In this document: in pieces, positions 16,076-29,850 of the stretch
Position numbering within the stretch: position 1 is the first letter of the stretch
Layout: each line of letters begins with the position of its first letter
Assembly: GCF_009914755.1 (NCBI RefSeq)
Contig: NC_060926.1
Strand: one strand, 5' to 3'
Source of the DNA: the human T2T-CHM13v2.0 reference genome, Homo sapiens
DNA: 64,000 nucleotides
The notes under the pieces: generated by a model
Databases searched by the model: none
Told to the model about the DNA's origin: nothing
What the model saw: only the letters and a program-made list of their open reading frames with translations
Position numbers and translations under genes: made by a program

Positions 16076-16438
<363 letters not shown>

Positions 16439-16791
16439 TAAGTAGACCTAAAATCCTGTGGATAGTGACTGACTAGGGCTGAGTGTGGTTAATTTTTTTT
16501 TGTTTCCTTTGGAATGTTGAGGCTCTTGGCTTCAGCAATACAGAGAATGGGTGAAGCAAGTGAGGAATTACCCTCCACAAAGATCACACCATATGTTCAG
16601 TCACTGCCAAGAACCTTCTGAAAAACAAATCTTCTCAGGTTTTGTGTTATCACCAAAAGTTAACCTCACAGCATGGTTCACAATCATGTTTATGCAAGTG
16701 TTTTGAAAATGAAATGCACCACTATGAAATCAATGGGTGGAAAGCAGTGCGAACTCTGAGGGAGAAGTGCATTTGTGTATTTCTTCTGTAG

Positions 16792-16881
16792 CTGAGCACT
16801 TGCTGGGAGGGAGTGCCAAACATCTCAGTGTTTGTGTTTTTAGATGCACTAACCAACAATAGCAAGCTTTTCTCCAAGCAT
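16792..16881 (+). other. Candidate alternative 5' exon (alternative acceptor gives 16844-16881)
   Basis: Acceptors gtatttcttctgtag| (AG 16790-91) and tttgtgtttttag| (AG 16842-43); donor CAT|GTAAGT at 16882; not inside a recognisable repeat. Confidence 0.5.
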
Positions 16882-17897
16882 GTAAGTACCGGGAATACAG
16901 AGGAATGATGTTTGCTAAGTGAATAAACTTAATGTATGCTAGAAGATTTTGTGACTATAGTAATATATTTGCAGTAAAAACATTTGAAGTTGAGATACTT
17001 TTCAAAATCCTGAGAAATTAAAATTAAATGAATGGCACATATTTTGTTTTGCCGAGAACTAAACTGTCCCATTAAAAAAATAAATATATTACCTTGTCAG
17101 TAACTTTTCTCCAACACCTGATGTATTTTGGTTAATACTAAATTATTCCTGGTGTTCTGACACGCATAATTGTTAACAAAGGGATTCATCTAATACAATA
17201 TTCAGAATTGATGACTGATTTACATAGCCTTAAACTGAAGGATGGGGCATAAAAATTTTTTTATTCACTCCTCCCTTCAGTAGCGAGGAGTTATAGATTG
17301 AGATTTTTTTTTGATGCAACTATAAATCAACCTTGTAAAAACATAGCTAACAATGATGTAGTCTTTGGTATAAGGTTTCCCTGTTGGCTTCTAGAAATAT
17401 CTGAGGGTTTTGGTTATAAATCCCCTGCTCCTTGACACGGCTCTTTAAGAGGGTGGAAGCCCCCTGTGCCATTTCAGTTCTATCTTGTCAATCTGTTTGA
17501 GTGTTGTTCAGTTAATGGTTGCTTTCTATTGCCTTTTAATGGATTCTAAGAATGTTGCTATATCTCTTTTCCAGTCTGTTTGGCTACCTTTCTGGCTTGG
17601 GTAGTTTCCCATTTCAGTGTACATCTCAGTTTACGTGCTTGAAGAAAGAGCCAGAGACTGATGGGTGTTTGTGTCTTGCCTTTTGCTTTTTGTAAATGCC
17701 TGACAGTGTAGCAATGCCTCATGGTTTACAACCAAAAAAGGTAGTGCTGTATTTGTATTCTGAGTTTCTTTTCTTGTGTGAACAAAACTGACAATTTAAG
17801 GGTGATAGAAAAGGGCATATACTTAAAGACCATAAAATGAGTTTTTGCAGCTCTATATAAAATACAAAATATTTTGGTTTTGAGGCTATATAACCAG

Positions 17898-17902
<5 letters not shown>

Positions 17903-17929
<27 letters not shown>
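17903..17929. repeat. (TA)n microsatellite
   Basis: About 13 uninterrupted TA units. Confidence 0.95.
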
Positions 17930-19813
17930 GGTAAACAAGCTCGATTTTCTCTCTCTCTTTTAAACATTATCCCAAATAACAGGCTTAACTAGTTTTCACC
18001 TCCACTGTATTGATCATTTGCTCTGTTACGCAGACACAGCTTAGGATCTCTTGTGAATCTGCTAACCTGCTGCTTTTTTTTTCCTTTTTTAACCCTTAGC
18101 TCTAGAATAGCTGGATTTAATGGCAGGGGGCCTTAGCCTCTGTTCCTGAAGGCTCTTTTCCTCCTGCTCCCTTGGAGAGGGAAGCATTATTAATTTTTCC
18201 CCTTCCCTTTTGATTATAGGAAAAATCAGGTAGACAGTAACTCAGTGCCAGCACACCTGAATTCAGGGTTCAGCTCTGCAGACAATTGCTTTCTTGTTCC
18301 TTAGCCTCATGGGCTGGTGAACAGCGAAGGTGAAGGGGTAATGAATTCCTCTAGGTGCTGATAAGAGCTACATTCCAAGAGGATTAACAGCACAAAAACC
18401 TGCATGTATGAGGGAAAAAAATGAGAAAGCAGGGGAGGGGAACACCCACATTGACACACATGCACAGCCACACAGTGAACTTTCTAGTGTTCTCAAAGCC
18501 ACATTCCAATTTTAGCTGCCCAAAGTCTGAACTACTCTGACAACAGCATCTACATGTTGTACATGGCATGTACTTTCTTTAAAAGGTTTGGGAACATTCT
18601 TGCTGTGGTTCTGAGAAAGGATACTCTGGTAGCAGAATGACATCTGGCCTCTATCAAGTACTTCCTTGATCAAAACACAGAAAAATTTTCAAAAATACCT
18701 TGATTTTAGACTTTTCAACCTAGAGGAGCAAAGAAGAGGAGATGAAAAAGTCCATGTAATCTGTTAACCACATCTGAGAACAGTTCTGGAAATGGAAATT
18801 TGGCTCCATTTAAACTTTCCTAAAACAGCTTGATCGCTGCGTTGAAATTTGGGATCTTGATTGTGCAATCCAAGTGGAGGTCCCTTGTATGTGTTTTGAC
18901 GGATATATTTGGTGAAACTTAAAGGCAGTATCATTCCTGTCTGCTAATCAAGGGCCAGAACCAACCCACACACATCTGCCTAACTATTCCTCACTGCCTG
19001 TTATGAAAATAAACCTCTCATTTTTCAAAAGAAGTCACTACCCCTGAAGCAGAAAACAAGAAGAGCAAATGGATGTGGTCCCTGGATATTTCCACCCTCT
19101 TCCAACCCTTTACCATTCCCTACCTCCAATAGCTATGATACCCAAAATTTTCAAACTTTGAATCTAACCACCCTTTGTTTTGCCACATCCCCTATTTCAC
19201 AAAGAAATCTGACTTAGTTTAGCTTATCCCTAAAAAAAAAAAATTCTGAAGGTATTTGCCACTCAGACCCATTGTCCTTGAGAAATGAACACATAATCAA
19301 CTCTTACTGAAGCAATGACTTCTACAAGTACTGTGCCGTGGTCTAAAACAGAAATATGCACCACTATTGTAGGAAACTACAGCTTTTACATTTTCTTGGC
19401 AGAACTCTGGTCCTCTCTTTATAGTGAGAAGAGAACATTCCATAAATAGCAAAGTGGGCCTTCAGTTAAGTTGTCCAATCCATATTTTGCATGGTGGTGT
19501 CCATTGGAAATATACCTTCTTGATGTCAGTGAGGGCTTAATGAAGTTAAACATTTCCCAAGTAAGTTTGTTTTTGAGAGGAATCACTTCAGGAAGGCATG
19601 TTGGAGCAAACTTAAGCTTAACTAACCATGAATAATTATTTGCCTCGGTCTGTAATTTTAACAATGTGAATCATTAGCTCAGACCCTGTCATTTATCCCA
19701 AAGAGGGAAAGATGCATAGCCAAGACCATGGAATTTAGTGAAGGCTCTCTGCTCTGAATAGAAAGGGGTGTTGATGTTCCTCGCTCTCATACAATGAGAT
19801 GACTTTAACTTTA

Positions 19814-20416
<603 letters not shown>

Positions 20417-21089
20417 TTAGTTATTTGCTGTGCCTGAACAAACCAGATTTTAACAACAAAGGCAGTACCTTTGACATCTTGCCAGGGTTGTGTTTCGTAG
20501 CTATACATGACATTTAGGAAATGTCAACCGTGAATGACTTTTTTTTTTAATTGTAGTAAAGTATGGTTGGATATACGTACAATCCCTGACTTACAAGAAC
20601 TTGACAAACAGGTTTCCCGTAGACATAAAAGGCCGCCCTTCCTCTATCTCTCCCTTTTCAGACATCTCTTTTGTTTCCCCTCTTTGCCCTTCACCCGCCT
20701 GCTGTCTGTCCCCCTCAATGCCAGAGCCACTGTGGCACTGCTGTGGAGACCGCCTGTGGAAAAACTTGGCCCTTCTGGAAAAATCGTGGTTTCTGGAATG
20801 GAAGGAGAAGCTGTGCAAAAGACACAGTTAGGGGGTCTCACCCCAGACATAGCCTCTGGGCTGGACCTGGTGGGCTCCTCAGTATTTTCTCTAATGTGGT
20901 GTGATTCTTTCTACCTTCATTTACTTTGATTCATTTGGATTTACAAGTATCCTTTTTAAAAATCTGGATGTCTGTGAGACAGATAAGGAGGACAAGCCCC
21001 ATTCATTGTCATGTTGCTGTGAATTGGGTCAAGCTATAGCAACCACACACACAAACACACAAATCTCATATGCATTTAGTGATTTCTGT

Positions 21090-21230
21090 TTCACTCTTTA
21101 CAAAAGGTTTCCACACACGATTGTTCTTCACAGCTGCTTTACAGATGGTGAGACTGGGAGTCAGAGAACTTGATACATTTGAGTTGCGGAAAGCAGGACT
21201 AGAAGTTCTGAATTGAGTTCTCCTTCCATT
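21090..21230 (-). mobile_element. MIR fragment
   Basis: TTTACAGATGGTGAGACTGGGAGTCAGAGA, antisense MIR core. Confidence 0.55.
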
Positions 21231-22268
21231 CCGTATTCCACTGTGTATACAAATATGTTTATGCAGACACATACATCTATGTCTTTTTAAACAGTGAAGC
21301 AAACACATTTGCAGGTAATTAGAAGACAGAATATAATTCAGACAATTTCAGACTGTCTCTGACTTCAGTATTATGCTATTTTATAAGATCCTTACACCTG
21401 GAAGGTGAAAATTAGATGACTGAGTCTTATTTCATAAGGAAATAAAGAAGGTTGTTTCCTTATTTCCAAGTCTTTAGAGATTAAGATTATCGTGTGTACC
21501 TGTAAAACACACTTAAAACCTGAATGTTAAGATTTTACAACTTGACTGAGAAATATCTATGTAATGGTTGACTAAATAATTAACGGAATTCATGAATTAT
21601 ATTCCTGTTTACAAGTCAAAGCCCAACACTAATAGTACATTTACACCTGTGGTTTTGAATTTCTTATTTGAATTACAAGTCAGTCCACGGTAAATGGGTA
21701 TTATGTGTATCTATCTATAAAGTGTATTGGAATTTCAGACCAGAAAGTCAGGCTCATTATTCATATGAAAACCTTTCTGATCAAGGCCTAAATAACACAG
21801 TTCTGAAACTGAAAATGATAAACATGCATAAAAGCACATTATACAGGTCTGTTTATAGTAATAATAATGATGGCACTAAACAGATTTGTCTCACTGGCAA
21901 TGAACATACAATGGGGACATCATAAGAGATGAACTAGTGCCATTTTCTGAGACAGAAAATTCTCACATTTTACATAAAGCCAGAAGTAAAAAAATGGTTC
22001 CAAGAAAAAAACATGTGTTAAGAATTATAAGTGTTTAGCTCAGAAGGAGGGAAAAAAATGGGTTATCACAAACATTGCTTTTTTTTCTCCCAAAATATAG
22101 AAACATTTTCCATTCTCTGACTACATGATGTCATGCTCTGGATCAAAGACATAGTGGAGGAAATGGAATTATGCAAATGAGCAATATAACTTATCAACTA
22201 GATTCAATAGGAAATAAAAATCTGAGGATGGCTTGGTAAATGACTAATAACGCTTTAGGGATCATGGA

Positions 22269-22610
22269 TGTCAGCCTATTTTGTATAACAGAATACTCTA
22301 GATTGTGTAGTTTGTGAACAGAAGTTTATTTGGCTCATGGTTCTGGAGGCTAGGAAGTATGGCATTGGTGTCTGGTGAAGGGAGGGCCTTTGTGCTGCCT
22401 TCATCTCATGGCTGGCAAGAGAGCAAGAGGGGGCTCACCTTGCTTTTACAACAAAGCCACTCTCCAGATAACTAACCCACTCCTGCAATAAGGACATTAA
22501 TCATTTATGAGGGCAGAGCCATCATGACCTAATCACTCCCCCCAGCACTGCTGCATTGGGGATTAAGTTTCCAACACATGAACTTTAAGGGATACATTCA
22601 AACCATAGCA
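22269..22610 (-). mobile_element. Solo MaLR LTR (MST/MLT1A-type)
   Basis: TG...CA termini; ends in CATTCAAACCATAGCA (reverse complement of the MaLR LTR start); 5-bp TSD ATGGA (22264-68 / 22611-15). Confidence 0.88.
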
Positions 22611-24263
22611 ATGGAATTGTTACTTTCAAGGATCTAGATAAACTGTGTTTATTAAAATTGTGTGAAGTTGTTACTGAATATTTTCTTGAGAACTATAATG
22701 TCATCATCCAACATTCTTCACAGATGTTGAATTCTGTTCATTCCACCTCTGTTTGGGGCCAGATTTTTTTGGACATGTGTTTTCCCTTCTAAACTGCTTC
22801 TGTAGGATCGGTTACTACATTCCTGAAAGTCCTTTCATTGTCAGTGTCTGTAGAATTATGCTTTAGGCTCTGCTGGAGCCCTTAGCATTGCTGGCTAAGT
22901 GAGGCCACTGAGAAATAATGCCAAGCCCATAGTGTCATTAAAAGCCTTCCTCCCTTACATTGGCAGAAGTTTGGAGGCTCTAACTTTCAGCTCAGCCTGT
23001 CACTTTCTTTGGAGACAGGTAGGTGGTTACAAAGACCATTGATTTCTGCCTTTTGAAAAATGTAGAGAGGGGGAAAAGTAACTATACAACTTATCTGATT
23101 TTTTAAAAATCAGATGCCTCTTTTCTTAGATTATGGTTTTGAAAAGCCAACCCAGACCAAATTACTTTTTCCATACTCCAGCACAACTTGGCTAAATTTT
23201 AAAGCACAGGTTGTTTTTTATGTAACAAGAATAGGGTAACTTTACTCCCATTTCACATGAAATGACAAGTACATTGACTTGGTTTAGATCAATCTGCATT
23301 CAAGTAGACTATCATAATGTTTCTCATGAAGTAGCACTGGGTTTTAAAGTCTTCGTAGTTAATTTTTGAGCATCAGTATATGTACGCGAGCAATACATGT
23401 CTCAAAGTGCATTGGAGACGTGATCTTTGAGAGATATCAAAGATGTCATCAAATCATCAGTTTGAATTTATAACTGAAGGCACCCAAGCACACATAGCCT
23501 GGGAGAGACTTGCTTAACCACTGAGACAAGGAAACTGGCCTGATGTTAAGCAGCTACTGTTCTGTCACTTGCCAAACATTCCTGTTACAGAGTCATGTTC
23601 TGAAATTTTCGTGAACCAACTAGACGAACAAACTGTGTGGTCTGGATAAAATAATATCTGCCTAAAAGGAAAGAAGTGAAGTTAGCCAGAAAGCCAGATG
23701 GCAGATTATTTTCTGCATAACTCTATTTGGAAAGTGAGCTTTATGTAATTTTTGGTCATTTCTTACCATCTTAGGAGACCATTTTCAGAATAAGCCATTG
23801 AGGGATCTAGCACACAGGTTTCAAAAGATGAACTGTACAAATGCAGGCACATCATATAACCTGTTCACAGAATTAGCACTAGTTGATGAAAATGCTTGGA
23901 CTTCTTTTTCTTCCAGCATTTTCATGACCTACACCGCTATTCCATGTCTTTTAGTATTCATTTGGCTAAATTATCTTAGAGCTAAATTCTATGGCTAGAA
24001 ATACAGTGGAGTTCACATACAGGAAAAACTTGGCTGCAAAGGTACGTGAATTTAATATTGGTCTTCATCTTGTGGTTGACCAGATTGCTCTGCTCACTCA
24101 CATGCAGAAAATCAGGAGTTATTCACTACATACACACAAAGGTGATATTTCCTTTTTTTTTTTTTAAGGCAGAGTGCCATTTCTAAATTGCATCTTCAAG
24201 CAAATGTAGTAATATCTTGGGCTCTTGAAAATTTGGTCCATCTTCCATGTTTAAGAGTTTTTT

Positions 24264-24561
24264 AGCTGGATGCAGTGGGCCATACCTGTAATCCCAGCAC
24301 TTTGGGAGGTCAAGGCAGGAGGATCACTTGAGGCCAGGAGTTTGAGACCAGGCAACATAGTGAGATCCCATCTCTATCTAAAAACAAAATTTAAAATTAG
24401 CCAGGCGTGGCAGTGCACACCTGTGGTCCTAGCTACTCGAGAGGCTGAAGGGGAGGATCCCTTGAGCCCAGGAGTTCAAAGTTGCAGTGAGCCATGATTA
24501 TACCACTGCACTCCAGCCTGGACAACATGACAGAGTGAGACCCTGACTCTTAAAAAAAAAA
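24264..24561 (+). mobile_element. AluJ with a short (CA)n after the tail
   Basis: Full dimer with AluJ-type GGAGGATCACTTGAGGCCAGGAG / CTTGAGCCCAGGAG. Confidence 0.92.
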
Positions 24562-24809
24562 TACACACACACACAAATTTTCTTTGAGGTTAGAGGCTGA
24601 GCCCCAAGCTTTTAAATAGGAGTAAGGAAATATCAACTCACACTGTTGTTACTTACTCTAGCAAATCAGGATAAAAAACTTCAAGAAATCAATTAGGGTT
24701 GTTTAGTTTTTAAATGGTGGAATCATTTCTAGGAGTATTTGGTTTCTTCTCTTTCTTCCTCCATATTTTACTGAGGCTTGATCATATTCTTTCTAATTGA
24801 TGTTCAGTT

Positions 24810-25310
24810 TCATACTTTCTTCATTATTACCACCTTTATCACTCTAATCAAACTCTGATAGTCTCACTACAGACTCTTCTGAGCTGCTCTAACCAAATCC
24901 AGTTTTTTTTCCATCCAGCTTGCACCCTAACCTCAGAATAATCTTCACAAAACATAGATATCATGATGATGTTTGTATCTTTAAAATGTTGAATGGTTCC
25001 ATATTTCATTCTACAGCAAATCAAATCCAGATTTCTCTACCTTTATTTCATTGTTCAAGGTAACCTGCCACTTTGACTCTTCTCTGTCTTCCAATGACTA
25101 ACATTATTTCCTGTTACTCTGCAATATATTGGCGCTCAAGTCAGTGTGATGAAAGCCAACTTCTATCCCATTTGTGTGATAAGCCTGTTCTTGGAATAAA
25201 GTATTCCCAGAGAAGTCTTATTTGGCATGCACCTCCCATTTTCCTTCTAGCTCTGTAAATCCTGGCCATTCAGCAACTGTTAGCTCAGTCCTCACCTCCT
25301 TCCAGTTCAT
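24810..25310 (+). mobile_element. Degenerate L2 fragments
   Basis: L2-like phrases (AATCTTCACAAAACATAGA, AAATCCAGATTTCTC, TCACCTCCTTCCAG). Confidence 0.5.
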
Positions 25311-25482
25311 TTCAACACATATACACTGAGCATCTTCTGCAAATGGAAAGTCATCTTACAGCATGTGGCAAGGAGTGCACGGCTGTGAACCAGGGCCCTT
25401 CCAGTCCAGCTGAGTCTGTCTGGACTACTCCAGACTTCTAAGTCCTTCTCTTCTGAACTTCTACAGTACTGAAATTCTAGAC

Positions 25483-25720
25483 CAGTGGGCTCCAAAGTGG
25501 AGTGCTCAAAATAATCCTTTGGGGGTGTAAGAATATATTGGAGCTTATATTAACATCTTTTTCCATATCTTTTCAAATTTCTATTTTAGAATATTTCTAT
25601 AAAGTATGTGATATATTAATACAGAAGCACATGTTTAACCTTTATAAATAAATAACATATATGGTCCATGTGCAAGCACTACAACTATGGGGTGAGTGAT
25701 AAAAAATACATAGAGCCTCA
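25483..25720. mobile_element. hAT-Charlie MITE remnant
   Basis: CAGTGGGCTCCAAAGTGGAGTGC...GGGGGTGTAAGAATATATTGG, related to 1292-1400. Confidence 0.5.
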
Positions 25721-26523
25721 AGTTCAGAACAATTTCACTGGGGTTTTAGAAGGTCAGCTAACTGGTCCACCCAAGTCCATTTATTCTCTTCTTCAAAAAT
25801 TGTTTTCTAGTTTCCTACAGTGTGCCAGGTAATGTTGAGAGAGAGGGCAGTCAGGCAAGAGGAGAGTAAAATGTCAGCTTTCTTTCTGATAAAAGCTCAC
25901 TGGAAAATGTGTCTTTAGATCAGGGCCAGCATGGTTTGCCAATACTTCGCCCCTGCAGTAAGGAGACCCAGTTACAGGCAGAGTGGGACATTACATCCCC
26001 TTCTCTACCTCTGTCCTCCCCAACCAGGGGCAGGGCCTGCACCCAAAGCTTATTGCATGGCCAAGAGCAGGTGGAAAGTTACCCTCTTTGCCGGCAGGCA
26101 GAAGGATCCTATCGGAGTGGGGAGAGGAAGGGGGGTTACCCTGTTTATTCTTTCAAATGAACCTAGGAGATAAGCCGCTCCTCCTTGGGGGAGGGGAAGC
26201 AGGTGGCAGGTGGTCAGCAGTGTCCTCACAATATGGGATTTCCTCTAAATAAATAAGCTACTGTTATTTTGGCTTTCATCACCTCGTAATAAGCTCTTGT
26301 GTTGTTTCAAATGTATCTACCTGAAAAGGAGCACTCTTTCTTTTTTTACCAAAAAGACTAGCATGGCACATGACCCATTGAGGGGATGAGTAGAATTGTG
26401 TGCTTGAAGATGGATCTGTACTGAGGCCTGAGGCTTGATGCCATTGTACGACCCCCCGCCCCCACCAGAGTTCATCATCTGGTTTCCCAATGGTAGGATA
26501 GAACAGAACAGAGCAGAACAGGG

Positions 26524-26524
<1 letters not shown>

Positions 26525-26560
<36 letters not shown>
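26525..26560 (+). repeat. (TG)18 microsatellite
   Basis: 36 nt of perfect TG repeat, with degenerate extension to 26580. Confidence 0.97.
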
Positions 26561-26561
<1 letters not shown>

Positions 26562-27521
26562 CTGTGTATGTGTGTCTGTGAATTGCTTCTGGATCCATTG
26601 TGAAACTCCCTTTCTAGCTCCACCCCACTATTCCCCCCCCCACCCCCCCCCACACACACATCCCTACACAGATACACACACCTACATACACATACACACT
26701 GTTCCTACCATTAAATTTTGCAATCTGTGGCACATTATAGACTGGACATAGGTGAAAGCATGTGGTCATGAGAAATAAAGCAAAGAGAAACAAAGTTTAT
26801 TGCTTCTCATGTAAGCACAAACCAACTTAATGTCATGAGAGAAAGAGAGAGAAGAAAAAGGAGAAAGAAGGGAAATTGACTGGGGGGAGAAGGAAAGATT
26901 GGAAGCCCTGGTCCCTGGATGAGGGACCTTGTTGAGATAATCTCCATCCTCACTCCCTCCTTCTTGCCCTCGTAGGGCAGAATTCTAACATGACATTCTA
27001 GAAAATTAAAATCTATCCAATTAAAAAAATATCTGCAGGGAAAGAGATTTCAAAACCTCCCTCAGTAACTAAAATGATTAACTGCACACTAAGAGAATAC
27101 ATTTCTCCAAATCGTTAAGGCTTTCTTGCTGCAGTTTAAAATGGTCTTCTTTCCATTGTAGAAGGCTCAGTTCATTGCCATCCTTTGTCTGAAACAGGGA
27201 TATTAAGTTGACCGCTAGATTTACAACTGAATAAGCCAGTCCTTTGCCATCATGCACCTGTTTGTATGCATGCACTTTTCTACATCCTCTTCAGTTTTTC
27301 ACATACCACTTTAGTTGTGGGAACAAAATAAAAGGATTATTTACTGGTTTCTGTGTGCTTCTATGTATTTATCCCCAGTATTCAGCTTAAAAGAAAAACT
27401 ATAATGTTAATTCAAAATCAGTTTTTTACCTGTCCATTATGATTTGTTCAGGGTATTAGGACATTTATACATAAGTCTTTTAGGATATTGAAACCTTCTT
27501 AACCCAAAGGTGTGAATGCAG

Positions 27522-27819
27522 GGCCAGATGTGGTGGCTCATGCCTGTAATCCCAGCACTTCGGGAGGCCAAGGCAGGAAGATCTTCGAGCCCGGGAGTTC
27601 AAGACCAGCCTGGGCAACACAACCAGACCCTGTTTCTACAAAAAATAAAAAAATAAAAAAATAGCTAGGCATGGTGGCACATGCCTGTAATACCAGCTAC
27701 TCAGGAGATGGAGGCAAGAGGATTGCTTGATCCTGGGAAGTTGAGGCTGCAAGTGAGCTGTGATGGAGCCACTGCACTGTAGCCTGGACAACAGAGACAG
27801 ACCTTGTCTTGAAAAAAAA
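27522..27819 (+). mobile_element. AluJ
   Basis: Full dimer; TSD TGTGAATGC on both sides. Confidence 0.92.
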
Positions 27820-27859
27820 GAGTTGTGAATGCTAGAGTGCAGGAAATTTCTGGATTAAA

Positions 27860-28255
27860 TATTAGTTTTGTTACCAATTTGGCTGCTGAGATAAAGACAG
27901 CACTGGCTTAGAAACACAAAAGTCTGTTTCTCCCTCATGTCACAGTCTAGGCATACAGGCTGATGAGGGAGCTGCACAGTCTTCTGGCAGGTTGTCCTGT
28001 CATCCTTACATTGTGGCTTCCATTTCAAGTTCTTGTCACACTTCAGCTGGCAAGAAGGGGACAAAAGAAAGTGGGAAGCACACCCTTTCCTTTTAAAGGT
28101 ACAACTCAGAAGTTTTGCATATTACTTCCATTCACATTCCATTGGCCAGGACTTACCTATGTGAAGATACTTAATTGCAAGGGAGGATGGAAATTATGAC
28201 CTTTAGATGGGCGATTGTGCACCCAGGTAGAAGGAAGTAATGGATTTTGGGGACA
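27860..28255 (-). mobile_element. Old ERVL/MaLR-class LTR (MLT1/LTR33-like)
   Basis: CACTGGCTTAGAAACACAAAAGTCTGTTTCTCCCTCATGT and TCACATTCCATTGGCCAGGACTTA are typical of old antisense LTRs. Confidence 0.6.
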
Positions 28256-29584
28256 ACAGTTTGCTTTGCCTGTGGCTTTGTAGCGCCAGCCTAGCAGCAT
28301 GTTTTGACCCGGAGTTCAGCTAGGGGACTAGTAAGCAAAGTTAAAAAAATATCTAAGGATATAAAGAAGGAGAAAATCTCGCTCTGCAGTAGAAGGTTGG
28401 TGTTGCAGCTTTGTGGCTCTCAGGCCTCCATTTCAATGATGAGATACACCTATCCTCCTGCTGGAAAATAATTTGAAGCCTAACCCCCAGGAATATATTT
28501 TGCTACTGTACAATTGAATTAAAATAAATTTTCTAGGTACAATTTTCAGGCCAGATAGGTTCAGTATAAAACCAAGATCGCATGCATGATCACTGTGATT
28601 TTAGGCCACGGAAGCCGTACTGCCATTGCCCCTCGATCCAGATCCTTCTATTAGTCTCAGTTATTGCTACACGTCTCTGAAAGGGGCAGTAATGTATGTT
28701 TGATGCCTATAATGATAAAAATTAAACTTTTAAAATGCTAATGAATGAAAATTTAAAGTTTTTTTTTTAATTATACTACTACTACCACCTCGTTATAAAA
28801 TCTGCATTACTTCAGCAATATCCTCGCTAGGAAAAAAATCATAAAAAGACAGTTTGCTTATTATAGTGCTATACATACTCTATCGGGGACTTGTGTGTCT
28901 TATTTGTTTACTTGACTAGCCAAGCACTTTTTCATGTTAGTGTCCATATTCGTCTTCTTCAGCTGTAGCCCTGGTTTTCCTCTCAACCTGACAAGACCAA
29001 CCTGGATTTTGACAGTCACACTGATTTTTATCTCTTTAAACAGCTAGAAGCAAAATCAGATTTTGTTTCTGGCTTTTGTTATTGAGAAAAGTAATAAAAA
29101 CCATGGCAGAATTAGATCAAGGACATTCGTTATTTTAACTAGGAACAAGAAATAAATACATAGCTCTTCCCAAGAATTGGATTAATGTAAGTGTACAGAA
29201 GATATTAAAAATGACATTGAAAATATGTTTCATAGCTGGTCATTTGTTTGATATACAAATGTTAGCATTTCTACTGTCTGTTGTAGAGATGACATAATAA
29301 TGAAAAGTCTCATTTCATTGGCTGAGTGCTTTAGTGTGTACCTTTTCTGCATTAATTTCTGTGGTCAAAGCTTAAAGCCTTGGATCAGTCTCCACCTGCA
29401 TGGCTGGCACATACCAGAGGAAGGAAAACTGGGAGGTTGTGGTGGAAGATCAACAACAGGCACTCACTTCAGTGTTAGTATTCCTGTTTGAATAGGTCAT
29501 GAATTCTCAACAGGGGCAACATTGCCCCCAAGGGTATGAAAATTGATTCTTGGAGAGTGAAAAAAAACAGATATTATGGCTGAG

Positions 29585-29850
29585 CTCAGAGTCAGAGGGA
29601 GATGTTACTGTGGAATAATGGTCAGAGAGATGGGACGCTGCAGGCTTTGAAGATGGGGGAAGGAGACATAAGCTAAAGAAGGTGGGTGGCCTCTAGAATC
29701 TAGAAAGGGCAAGGAAACAGATCCTCCTCTAGAGCTTCCAAAAAGGATCCTTGTCAGACTTCTGACTTACAAAACTGTAAGGTAATGAATTTTTATTATT
29801 TTAAGCCACTAAATGTGTGCTAATGTGTTACAGCAGCACTAGGAAACACA
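29585..29850 (+). mobile_element. MLT1D-like LTR, 3' part
   Basis: GCTTTGAAGATGG...GGCAAGGAAACAGATCCTCCTCTAGAGCTTCCA...TTTTAAGCCACTAAATGTGTG...GTTACAGCAGCACTAGGAAAC. Confidence 0.8.

Noticed and set aside
22171-22183. Octamer ATGCAAAT and scattered AP-1 TGA(C/G)TCA sites (e.g. 33046, 46571)
   Set aside because: 7-8-mers occur at about chance frequency in 64 kb of AT-rich DNA.
26195-26210. CTCF-like GAAGCAGGTGGCAG (also TCTGAAAGGGGCAG near 28677)
   Set aside because: Both miss the conserved 5' CC of the core motif; cannot be supported without a PWM score or ChIP data.
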